Position numbers and translations under genes: made by a program | Part shown: piece by piece, positions 7,112 through 15,109 of the stretch | How the letters are laid out: each line of letters begins with the position of its first letter | Numbering within the stretch: position 1 is the first letter of the stretch | Virus record (IMG/VR): IMGVR_UViG_3300027834_000004 | Location: 1-36,920 of that record | Strand: one strand, 5' to 3' | Length of the DNA stretch: 36,920 bases | Source: a virus | The notes under the pieces: model-generated | The model's input: the letters and a program-made list of their open reading frames with translations, nothing else | What the model was told of the DNA's origin: nothing | The model's database searches: none

Positions 7112-7164
7112 TACATGCAGGGGGCTTGGCTGGTAAGATGGGTTTATCAATTAGGAGAGAGATT

Positions 7165-7344
7165 ATGAACCCAGATTCAACAACAACATCAACATCATAC
7201 TTCGATGACCCAACGCATCAGCCGATATCAATACAGCACATAGATGAAATCGGGACTTGCTGGAAGTGTTTTGATGGGGGGCTTACTTGCTACGGAGAAA
7301 CAGAGCAGGAGGCTATAAATGAACTTAAGAGATGCAGGGGTTAA
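7165..7344 (+). CDS. hypothetical protein (C-terminus faintly HicB/UPF0150-like)
   Basis: ATG 7165 follows AGGAGAGAGATT (the track's TTG 7126 start is unlikely). Contains CYGETEQEAINELK. Confidence 0.55.
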   Translation: MNPDSTTTSTSYFDDPTHQPISIQHIDEIGTCWKCFDGGLTCYGETEQEAINELKRCRG

Positions 7345-7346
7345 TC

Positions 7347-7586
7347 ATGCAAGTAACATTAATACAAGTAACCGAAGCAGGCCGCTCAGTACTTATCGAC
7401 AATACACTAGATAATAATGATGATGCTCATGTGTTTGTTGGTGCTTTAACGGCATTTGATGAACATGCGCTATGTGTCGGACGGTTCGCAGATACAAGCA
7501 ATACCTATCTAAATCTTAACGGTAAAGACTTGGATTACGGAATGATTACCACTATTGAGCAGCTTTGGGAGTTTTTAAATGACTGA
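7347..7586 (+). CDS. hypothetical protein
   Basis: ATG 7347 lies 3 nt after the upstream stop, with GCAGGGG upstream. ATG 7332 is an alternative start. Confidence 0.55.
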   Translation: MQVTLIQVTEAGRSVLIDNTLDNNDDAHVFVGALTAFDEHALCVGRFADTSNTYLNLNGKDLDYGMITTIEQLWEFLND

Positions 7587-8049
7587 TATTAATTGGGATG
7601 AGCGGCCAACACCGGATCATAAAGCCTTAGTGCATAAAACCTTAAATGTAGGCGTTCTTTGGGTGAAGCATATTGGTGGTGGGTCTTATCGTAGTGATAA
7701 AGGTGCTATCTTTCAAGATGACCATATGTTCACTATTCACCACAAGCCAGAGCCAAAAGAATACAAGCCAGAGGTGGGTGGGCTGTGTGAAGCGCATTTC
7801 ATTCATGATGGATGGTGCAAAAGGTACTATCTAGGATTCACTAAGCGCGGCGAGCATGTAGTTGAAAGTCATGACGGGTCAGTTTCTTGCCATCCAAGGT
7901 CAAAGGTTCGCCCAATCAAAACCGAGCGTGAAGAGTTTATTGAAAAGGCTATAGATGTTATGAATCTATCAATTGATGATAGTCAGCAAGGCTGGGCAGA
8001 AGCGCTATACGACAACGGCGCACGATTCACAGAAGGTAAGGATGAGTAG
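7579..8049 (+). CDS. hypothetical protein
   Basis: 156-aa ORF with an overlapping start (ATGACTGA). Confidence 0.65.
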   Translation: MTDINWDERPTPDHKALVHKTLNVGVLWVKHIGGGSYRSDKGAIFQDDHMFTIHHKPEPKEYKPEVGGLCEAHFIHDGWCKRYYLGFTKRGEHVVESHDGSVSCHPRSKVRPIKTEREEFIEKAIDVMNLSIDDSQQGWAEALYDNGARFTEGKDE

Positions 8050-8221
8050 ACCCACAGAAGAGCAGATTTACCAAGCAAGGGAGGTCTGCATTAACAAGCA
8101 AAGAGACAAGATACTTGAGCATGAGAGTAAGATGCGAGAGGTTAACGAGCTAAACGAGCAGGGCAAGCTAGAAGAGGCTAAGACCCTGCTTAGTAAGTAC
8201 ATGGATATGATAGAGGGGTAG
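8042..8221 (+). CDS. hypothetical coiled-coil protein
   Basis: ATG 8042 follows GAAGGTAAGG and overlaps the upstream stop. The track's longer version (7973) would overlap by 77 nt. Confidence 0.5.
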   Translation: MSRPTEEQIYQAREVCINKQRDKILEHESKMREVNELNEQGKLEEAKTLLSKYMDMIEG

Positions 8222-8224
8222 GTT

Positions 8225-8446
8225 ATGTTTGGATGTAAGCATAAGTTCGGGAGAGTAGAAGATAGGTATCAATATTGCGATAAGTGCGGCACAGCTAAGG
8301 CAGCACCAGCTAGAGAGTGCGAGCATGTATGGCAGGAGGTAACGCAAATGAATACCACAAGTCGATTAAACGGATCATTGCAGAAGATTACGTATGTAAT
8401 GAAGTGTACTAAGTGTGCGAATATGAAAACTTTTGATGTTGTGTAA
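8225..8446 (+). CDS. zinc-ribbon protein
   Basis: 73 aa with CKHK..CDKC and C.KC pairs. GAGGGGTAGG Shine-Dalgarno. Confidence 0.6.
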   Translation: MFGCKHKFGRVEDRYQYCDKCGTAKAAPARECEHVWQEVTQMNTTSRLNGSLQKITYVMKCTKCANMKTFDVV

Positions 8447-8451
8447 CTAGA

Positions 8452-8480
8452 TTAGCAATATAGGTCTAACGTGTTAAAAT
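8452..8480 (+). promoter_or_regulatory. predicted sigma70 promoter with extended -10
   Basis: TTAGCA, 17-nt spacer, then TGtTAAAAT. Confidence 0.6.
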
Positions 8481-8511
8481 AGGCTTACCTTCAATCAAAC
8501 GAATTAAGACA

Positions 8512-8703
8512 ATGGCTGCTAAAAAGAAACCTGTTAAGAAACCAGTTGCTAAAAAACCAGCTAAAAAGATAGTAGGCGCTGGTGGTAACGGTAAGAAGAA
8601 AGTAATCAAAAAGCCGATTGAATCCCCTGAAGAAAAGAAAGTAATTGCAGGGGCGGGCGCTAACGGTAAACAGCGAAAGAAAAAGAAGAATCCTTATGCT
8701 TAG
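8512..8703 (+). CDS. lysine-rich, highly basic protein (histone H1/AlgP-like composition)
   Basis: 63 aa. AAKKKPVKKPVAKKPAKK, plus the internal repeat GAGGNGKKK / GAGANGKQRKKKK. Confidence 0.55.
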   Translation: MAAKKKPVKKPVAKKPAKKIVGAGGNGKKKVIKKPIESPEEKKVIAGAGANGKQRKKKKNPYA

Positions 8704-9166
8704 TATAATTTCACCAATACTGCTTGTTGGGGCTATAACCTCAGCAGCATTTAACGGCCAGTGGCACAGAGTAGCGTGCGCATTTGCCATTATTATCCCC
8801 ACCCTTACCCATTATCATTACTTTGATATATCGACAGGATGGGAGTATTACGGATCAGCAGTAGCCTTTAGTATTCTAGCTATAGCATTGCTCCAGGTGA
8901 TTAAGCCAAACGATAAACCAAGTCAATTAGTGGTACACCTTCAAATCATATCACTAGTGATAGCAGCTACTAACTTATTTGGATATATAATGTGGTATGA
9001 GTATTATTCGCCTATCTGGTACAATTCATTAGTACTAGTCTTGGTTGTTATTGAATCACTAAGATTATTCCTTCACACGGATGGCGACAAACAAGATGGA
9101 ACCGATGGGGTTTATTATAGTTGGATTGATCGCCATAGCAGGAGCCACTTGGGTGGTCGCAGGTAA
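8696..9166 (+). CDS. polytopic membrane protein (about 5 TM segments)
   Basis: ATG 8696 overlaps the upstream stop (ATGCTTAG). I read five hydrophobic stretches by eye. Confidence 0.6.
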   Translation: MLSIISPILLVGAITSAAFNGQWHRVACAFAIIIPTLTHYHYFDISTGWEYYGSAVAFSILAIALLQVIKPNDKPSQLVVHLQIISLVIAATNLFGYIMWYEYYSPIWYNSLVLVLVVIESLRLFLHTDGDKQDGTDGVYYSWIDRHSRSHLGGRR

Positions 9167-9171
9167 TATCA

Positions 9172-9381
9172 ATGTCAGGTATAAAAGAACAAATAGTAGA
9201 ACCGATAATAACAAACCCTAAATTAGGGGCTATTGTTGGTGGTACCATGATGGCGTTACCCGTAGACGTTCAAATCATTAAAGCGCTTAATGTATACGTG
9301 ACTTTCTTTGGTGGCATATTAGGGCTTATACTTACTATCCTAATTATTTATAAGAATATCAAAGACATACGAAAGAATTAA
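9172..9381 (+). CDS. small 2-TM protein with a charged C-terminus (holin-like topology)
   Basis: 69 aa. LGAIVGGTMMALPV and VYVTFFGGILGLILTILIIY, ending in KNIKDIRKN. Confidence 0.55.
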   Translation: MSGIKEQIVEPIITNPKLGAIVGGTMMALPVDVQIIKALNVYVTFFGGILGLILTILIIYKNIKDIRKN

Positions 9382-9440
9382 AAGCCTGACGCTGGGCAGG
9401 CCTATGCTCTCTCTCCCCAACCCAGCACCCCAATTTCTAA

Positions 9441-9466
9441 AGCTCTTAATATAAGGGCTTTTTTTA
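9441..9466 (+). terminator. rho-independent terminator
   Basis: AGCTCTTA-ata-TAAGGGCT (one G-T pair) followed by TTTTTTT. Confidence 0.75.
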
Positions 9467-9474
9467 TGTATAAT
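9446..9474 (+). promoter_or_regulatory. candidate late-operon promoter overlapping the terminator
   Basis: TTAATA, 17-nt spacer, then TATAAT (9469-9474), with TG immediately upstream. Confidence 0.4.
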
Positions 9475-9507
9475 TAACATCCGATAAGGCAAGAATAAGG
9501 CAATTAA

Positions 9508-9975
9508 GTGGCTAAGACCAAGACTTCACTAAAAGCAGGGGATAACCTACCGCCAAGAGGCAAGAGCAATAGAACTCGAATTCTTGATGCTATCCGTAGT
9601 GAGTCAGTAAAGAGCCTCTTACACCTTAATGGAGAGCCTTCGCGTGACCAAGCAGAAGAGGCTTTCTTTTCTCATATAGCTAAAAGAGCATTGGACTTTG
9701 ATGATAAAGATTCTGGCCAATTGCTTAAGGTTCTAGCTGATAAAGGTTGGGGCAGTGCCAAACCAGTAATGGACGCTGTAAGCTTTGAATTCCCAGTAGA
9801 TGGAACACCAGCAGAAAGAGCCTTTGCAGTAGTTGAGGCGATATCTAATGGAAGTCTATCGCCTGATGTTGGATCAATGATTGTTGGAATAGTTAAGGAT
9901 GCAATAGTTATAGAAGAGAGCACTGTACTTAAGGCTCAACTAGAAGAGATTCGTAAAGTATTGGAGATGGTTTAA
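9508..9975 (+). CDS. terminase small subunit (putative)
   Basis: 155 aa with a GTG start, directly upstream of TerL. The N-terminal PPRGKSNRTR and the C-terminal GSLSPDVGSMIVGIV...LKAQLEEI resemble DUF5681-type TerS proteins. Confidence 0.6.
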   Translation: MAKTKTSLKAGDNLPPRGKSNRTRILDAIRSESVKSLLHLNGEPSRDQAEEAFFSHIAKRALDFDDKDSGQLLKVLADKGWGSAKPVMDAVSFEFPVDGTPAERAFAVVEAISNGSLSPDVGSMIVGIVKDAIVIEESTVLKAQLEEIRKVLEMV

Positions 9976-9984
9976 TTGCGCCCA

Positions 9985-11655
9985 ATGACTAAAGAGGTTG
10001 AGCGGTTCTCTGAAATGGCATTAGCTCAATCTGGGAAACTTGAGCCTTCTGTTTATGGTGTGGTTGACCGAGTAGATAAGATAGATGGAAAGCTGGTGCC
10101 TAACTTTCTAAGGAAGTGGAAGGGCACTATAGGCAATATGGTCGAGACTGAAGAAGAGCCGACTATATTCCTAATCGAGAAGCTAGAGCCTTTAATACTG
10201 AAACATAAGAAGTATAAATGTGCATACGGTGGAAGGGGTGGTACTAAATCAAGAATGGCTCAAGATTGCGTAGTGGGTGATGTTAACTCATGCGGTTCTA
10301 AAGTCTTTGTAATGCGAGAGCGCATGAAGTCATTAGAACAATCTATCTACTCAGGTATAGAGCGTTCAATTAAAGACCTTCAAGTCGGTGGCTTCTTATC
10401 AATACCTAGCAAGTGGCGGATTAAGCATAAGACGGGCGGGCTAATGCAATTTGGTGGACTTCAGAACGTAATTGATATGAAGGGTGCTAGTGCCTTTAAG
10501 ATATTCCTTATGGAAGAGGCAGCAAGAACCAAGCTGAATACTATTGATACACTAGGCCCGACTCTACGTGGTATAGATGGCGCTGAGCTTTGGTGGTTGT
10601 GGAATCCTGAAAGCTCTACCGACCCAATGAGTCAAGAATTTATAGTTCCCTACCAGGCAGACATAGATAGAGATGGATACTATGAGGATGAATTCCACCT
10701 AGTTATCAAGGTAGGTTATGAGGATAACCCGTGGTTTGAGCATGATGAATCATTGCAGACAGAGCTTAAAAAGGATCGTGAAAAGATGGAGGACGGCAGA
10801 ATGTCTAAGAGTCGATTTAATCATATATGGGGCGGTTCTTTTAACGATGATATTGATACCAGCATAATAACGGCTGATTGGTTTGATGCGTGCATTGATG
10901 CTCACATTAAATTAGGCTTTGAAGCTAAAGGTGGTAAGGTTGCTGCTCTTGACCCGTCAGACGTTGGTAAGGATGCTACAGGGTACGCTGAGAGGCATGG
11001 TGTAGTATTTAGCTGTATTGATGAAATAGACGCTGAGAACGGTAATAGAGCGTTTGATATAGGATGCAGAAGAGCTAAGGAATTCAATACTGATGTGTTT
11101 GGCTGGGATTGTGACGGCATGGGAGCGCTACTAAGAGACCAAGCAACGACTAACTTTAATGGAACAAGGGTTAGCACGTACATGTACAAAGGAAGTGAAG
11201 GTGTGCATTTCCCTGATGCTATATTCAATTCAGGTAATACGGCTGTAAACCTTAAAGGCCAGAAGATGAATAAAGACGTGTTTGCTAATAAGAAGGCGCA
11301 GAATATGATTGCCTTTGCTGACCGTGTATTCAAGACTTATGAAGCCGTGGCATTAGGTAAGTACCACAACCCTGAAGACTTGGTAAGTTTTGACTCTAAA
11401 ACAATAAGTAGCAGCATGATGCAGAAGCTAAGAGCAGAGGCGTGCAAGATACCCCTTAAGCCTTCAGATAGTATTAGGTTTTACACTAAAGAAGAAATGA
11501 GAAAAGGCATAACAATGCCAGACGGTCACAAGGTGGTTATTCCTTCACCAAACCTATTAGACGCTTGCGTGCTATCATTTGATCATTCAAGTATAATCAA
11601 CAACAGACCTGCCCCTAAAATACCGAGGCCTATAAGCCCAATGGGAAGAAGATAA
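9985..11655 (+). CDS. terL: terminase large subunit
   Basis: Walker A-like YGGRGGTKS, a long ORF, and a position upstream of the portal gene. TTG 9976 is an alternative start. Confidence 0.9.
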   Translation: MTKEVERFSEMALAQSGKLEPSVYGVVDRVDKIDGKLVPNFLRKWKGTIGNMVETEEEPTIFLIEKLEPLILKHKKYKCAYGGRGGTKSRMAQDCVVGDVNSCGSKVFVMRERMKSLEQSIYSGIERSIKDLQVGGFLSIPSKWRIKHKTGGLMQFGGLQNVIDMKGASAFKIFLMEEAARTKLNTIDTLGPTLRGIDGAELWWLWNPESSTDPMSQEFIVPYQADIDRDGYYEDEFHLVIKVGYEDNPWFEHDESLQTELKKDREKMEDGRMSKSRFNHIWGGSFNDDIDTSIITADWFDACIDAHIKLGFEAKGGKVAALDPSDVGKDATGYAERHGVVFSCIDEIDAENGNRAFDIGCRRAKEFNTDVFGWDCDGMGALLRDQATTNFNGTRVSTYMYKGSEGVHFPDAIFNSGNTAVNLKGQKMNKDVFANKKAQNMIAFADRVFKTYEAVALGKYHNPEDLVSFDSKTISSSMMQKLRAEACKIPLKPSDSIRFYTKEEMRKGITMPDGHKVVIPSPNLLDACVLSFDHSSIINNRPAPKIPRPISPMGRR

Positions 11656-13748
11656 TGGATTTAAGCGAGCTTAAACAGCTTCACGATAAGGCCTATGAAG
11701 CCAATACCGTGACACGGGACAAGGCATCAGACGACCTTGTGTTCTATTGGGTAACTCAATGGGATGATAATCTACTGTCTGAATCTCAGCTTCAGTATAG
11801 AGGTGAGTTTAATATTCTTAGAAAGGCTGGCCGTGATTTAATTGGTAATCTTAGAGCCAATAACTTCCAAGTGGACTTTGATCCAGTAGACGCTGATAGA
11901 GAAGATGGTGCCGATTTAATGGATGGCATTTATAGAAGCTCAGAGCGTCATAACACATCAATAGAAGCTTATAACAATGCTATGCAGGAAACCGTTGTGT
12001 GCGGTGTTAGTGCGTGGGAGATTTACACTGAGTACGAAACCAATGCTTTAGGTGATGATAAGCAGGTTATTAAGCGCCGCCCTCTTTATGAGTCTAATAA
12101 TAATGTATTTTGGGACCCTAACTCGCAATTGCTTGATAGATCAGATGCTGACTATGTTTCTGTATTGGTGGCTTACTCTGAAGATGGCTATAGAAAAGAA
12201 GTAGCCAGACTTCAAGGCATTCCTACCGATGAAGTGGATGTTTCTAACTTCAAAACCCCTAATGAGTCTTATGCTTTCCCATGGGTATATGAGAACGCGC
12301 TTTATTATATAACTAGGTTCTATATGCGAGAGCTGGTTACTGAAAAGAATTACATCTTGCGTGACCCATTTGGTAATGAGATGACAGTGCGAGATTTTGA
12401 GCTTGAGAAGATTGAAGATGACATGATTGAGTCAGGCTTTGAGATTATCGGGGAAAAACCTGTAGAGCGCTATGTGGTAACTCTTTACTATGCATCAGGT
12501 GCTGAAATCATTGCTGAGTATCGTGTTGCTGGTCAGAATATCCCTATTGTTCCTTACTTCGGCGAAACTCAGTATGTAGAGGGCCAAATGAGTTATGAAG
12601 GAATTACCAGGCTAGCTAAAGACCCTCAGCGCTTACATAATTTCCAAATGTCATATCTTGCAGACATTGTTAGCCGTTCACCTAGACCTAAGCCTATATT
12701 CACTGCTGACCAGTTATCAGGCTTTGAGCATATGTATGAAGAGAACGGGGCAGATAATAACTATCCTTACTTGCTTCAGAATGCATACGATGCAAACGGC
12801 AATCCATTACCATTAGGGCCCGCTGGAATAATGCCAGATCAACCAATGCCTACAGCTTTAGCGGCTAGCTTTCAGTTAACCCGTGAAGCTGTAAATGATG
12901 TGGCTAACCCTGGTGTGCCTCAAGACATAATGGACACCGAATTATCAGGTAAAGCCGTTAAGATGCTCCAAGCTAAGATCGATGAGCAATGGTATGTATA
13001 TCGAGATAACTTTAAGCACGCTAAGCGCAGAGATGGTGTTATCTATGCTGGTATGGCATCAGAAGTTATTGATAGCCCCCGTGAGGTAACTATAACCATG
13101 CCCGACGGCTCAAGAAACAAAGTTCAAGTGATGGACATGGTGGTAGATAAAGACAGTGGTGAAGTTGTGCCGTTGAATGATATTACTGGTTTAGAGTTTG
13201 AAGTGTATTCAGATATTGGTGCAAGCTTCGCAAGTCAGAAAGAAGAAACATTAGATAGATTAGCGGAAATGTCACAAGAGATTGCAGGCACTGACCCTAC
13301 TATGCATAAAATGCTACTGCTTAAGCGCATGTCTTTAATGGATGGTGTCGACTTTGACAGTGAACGCAAGTGGGCTAGAAACCAATTGATCCTTATGGGT
13401 GTTGAAGAGCCTAAGAATGAAGAGGAAGAAGCTCTATTAGCTCAGCAAGCGCAGCAAGGGCAACAACCTGATGCGGCTATGGTATTGGCTCAAGCTGAAA
13501 TGGGTAAGGCACAAGCTCAGCAGATGAAAGCTCAAACTGACATGGCTAAAACTCAAGCTGATATTGTTAATAACAATGCAAGCACTGAGATAGACGCCTT
13601 TAAAGCTCAGACCGATAGAATGAATATGCAGGTAGATGCTCAGAAAGTCGGTGCAGATATTGACTACACGCGAACCAAGACGTTTGGCCAGCAAATAGAC
13701 AATATCCAGAAGGGTGTTAATCCTTTGAGGGGTAGCGCTTCAATATAG
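11655..13748 (+). CDS. portal protein, P22-like with a C-terminal coiled-coil barrel
   Basis: 697 aa following TerL (ATAATG overlap). The Q/A-rich helical C-terminus (QQAQQGQQ...KAQAQQMKAQTDMAKTQ) is as in the P22 portal. Confidence 0.88.
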   Translation: MDLSELKQLHDKAYEANTVTRDKASDDLVFYWVTQWDDNLLSESQLQYRGEFNILRKAGRDLIGNLRANNFQVDFDPVDADREDGADLMDGIYRSSERHNTSIEAYNNAMQETVVCGVSAWEIYTEYETNALGDDKQVIKRRPLYESNNNVFWDPNSQLLDRSDADYVSVLVAYSEDGYRKEVARLQGIPTDEVDVSNFKTPNESYAFPWVYENALYYITRFYMRELVTEKNYILRDPFGNEMTVRDFELEKIEDDMIESGFEIIGEKPVERYVVTLYYASGAEIIAEYRVAGQNIPIVPYFGETQYVEGQMSYEGITRLAKDPQRLHNFQMSYLADIVSRSPRPKPIFTADQLSGFEHMYEENGADNNYPYLLQNAYDANGNPLPLGPAGIMPDQPMPTALAASFQLTREAVNDVANPGVPQDIMDTELSGKAVKMLQAKIDEQWYVYRDNFKHAKRRDGVIYAGMASEVIDSPREVTITMPDGSRNKVQVMDMVVDKDSGEVVPLNDITGLEFEVYSDIGASFASQKEETLDRLAEMSQEIAGTDPTMHKMLLLKRMSLMDGVDFDSERKWARNQLILMGVEEPKNEEEEALLAQQAQQGQQPDAAMVLAQAEMGKAQAQQMKAQTDMAKTQADIVNNNASTEIDAFKAQTDRMNMQVDAQKVGADIDYTRTKTFGQQIDNIQKGVNPLRGSASI

Positions 13749-13871
13749 TTTAGGTAGAGGCTTTACTATTGGTTTAGCCTCTACACTTCCTTTGAATACA
13801 TCCATAAAAGCCTTGTTCATCTTCTCGCATTGAAAAGGCTTCTTTGCTTCCTGCTTAGTTTTATTTGTCAT
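13740..13871 (-). CDS. 43-aa protein encoded antisense between the portal and scaffold genes
   Basis: I translated it by hand: MTNKTKQEAKKPFQCEKMNKAFMDVFKGSVEAKPIVKPLPKLY. Strong AAGGAGAGAAAGC Shine-Dalgarno. Motif copy c lies upstream on the same strand. Confidence 0.4.
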   Translation of the reverse strand: MTNKTKQEAKKPFQCEKMNKAFMDVFKGSVEAKPIVKPLPKLY

Positions 13872-13922
13872 GCTTTCTCTCCTTTAAAATAAAAATACTA
13901 ACATCTTATAAGCGCAGTTTAA

Positions 13923-13939
13923 TTGGCAAAAACTACCAA
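13923..13939 (-). promoter_or_regulatory. 17-bp motif, copy c (TTGGTAGTTTTTGCCAA on the minus strand)
   Basis: Intergenic, 52 nt upstream of the minus-strand ATG at 13871. Confidence 0.55.
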
Positions 13940-13951
13940 GTTAGCTAGCAT

Positions 13952-13981
13952 TTGCGGTAATAGCCTAATGAATGGTAAAAT
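13952..13981 (+). promoter_or_regulatory. predicted internal promoter for the scaffold and coat genes
   Basis: TTGCGG, 18-nt spacer, then TGgTAAAAT (extended -10). About 85 nt upstream of GTG 14069. Confidence 0.45.
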
Positions 13982-14068
13982 GCCCATACTCTATACGCAG
14001 AGGTAAACAGCGTAAACGTACATGACGTAATCATGGTTATATCGTTACACGAACGAGGATAATAAAAC

Positions 14069-15097
14069 GTGAAAACCCTTAAAGAGCTAAAGGCTGAAAA
14101 CGCTGATGAAGCTACTCCATTAGAGGCAGAAGCAACGCAAGCTGAACCACTAGCAGAAGTAGTAGAAGAAGCGGCAGAGGTAGCTGAAGAGGTTAGTCTA
14201 GATAATGCGAATCAAGGCGAAACTGAAGCAGTAGAAACCGAAGTAGAAGCGTGGATGCAAACTGAAGAGGAAGTAGAGCAAGGTTCAGAAAAAGAACCAA
14301 AGTTTACCGACTCTGATATTGGCAAGGCGAAGCAGAAGCTACGCGCAAAGATGGAAAAGAAGCATGAATCAGAACTTGACGACCTTAAAGCTCAAATAGA
14401 AGCATTGAAAACAGCGCCACAGACAGCGCCAATAGCTACTAATGCGAAGCCTAAGAGAGAAGATTTCTATGATGCAGATGATCCTGATGACGCGTTCGTT
14501 GATGCGCTGACTGACTGGAAGCTTAATAATAAAGCGCAGGCAGCTCAGCAACAGACAGCAAAGAGCGCACAAGAGCAGCAGCTTCAAGCTCAACTAAGCC
14601 AAATTGAAGGCAAGGTAGATGAGCACTACACAAGAGCAGCGCAGTTAGCTAAGACCAGTGGGATATCAGAAGACGTTTACCGTCAAGCTGATATGAACGT
14701 AAGACAAGCAGTGGAATCTGTAATGCCTAATGCAGGTGATTCTATTACTGACGGGCTTATCTCAAAGATTGGCGATGATTCAGAGAAGGTAATGTATTAC
14801 CTAGGAAGAAACAAAGCTAAGCTTGGTGAATTTGAACGTGCCTTACGTGGTGATCCTTCAGGCATTGAGGCGGCTATGCTGCTAGGTGAGATTAAGCGAG
14901 ACTTAACCGCGCCAACTAAACGTAAATCCAATGCACCAACTCCGGCTCCTACTTTGAGCGGAGACGAGAACTCAGCAGATAAAGCGGGTTCTTGGAAGCG
15001 TAAATACAATGAAGCCTCTAAGCAAAGAAATGCTCAGAAATCATTTGATATTAAACGTGAAGCCAAAAAGGCTGGTGTAAATACTCGTGACTGGTAA
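14069..15097 (+). CDS. scaffolding protein
   Basis: 342 aa with a GTG start. Acidic N-terminus, helical and charged composition, located between the portal and coat genes as in P22. Confidence 0.7.
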   Translation: MKTLKELKAENADEATPLEAEATQAEPLAEVVEEAAEVAEEVSLDNANQGETEAVETEVEAWMQTEEEVEQGSEKEPKFTDSDIGKAKQKLRAKMEKKHESELDDLKAQIEALKTAPQTAPIATNAKPKREDFYDADDPDDAFVDALTDWKLNNKAQAAQQQTAKSAQEQQLQAQLSQIEGKVDEHYTRAAQLAKTSGISEDVYRQADMNVRQAVESVMPNAGDSITDGLISKIGDDSEKVMYYLGRNKAKLGEFERALRGDPSGIEAAMLLGEIKRDLTAPTKRKSNAPTPAPTLSGDENSADKAGSWKRKYNEASKQRNAQKSFDIKREAKKAGVNTRDW

Positions 15098-15109
15098 GGA
15101 GAAATAACC

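Noticed and set aside
9096-9221. A 41-aa ORF with a clean TM helix (MEPMGFIIVGLIAIAGATWVVAG..) overlapping the ends of two genes, or a frameshift fusing it to the 5TM protein
   Set aside because: It has no Shine-Dalgarno and no slippery sequence that I can see, and it overlaps both well-placed neighbours. It is kept only as a note.
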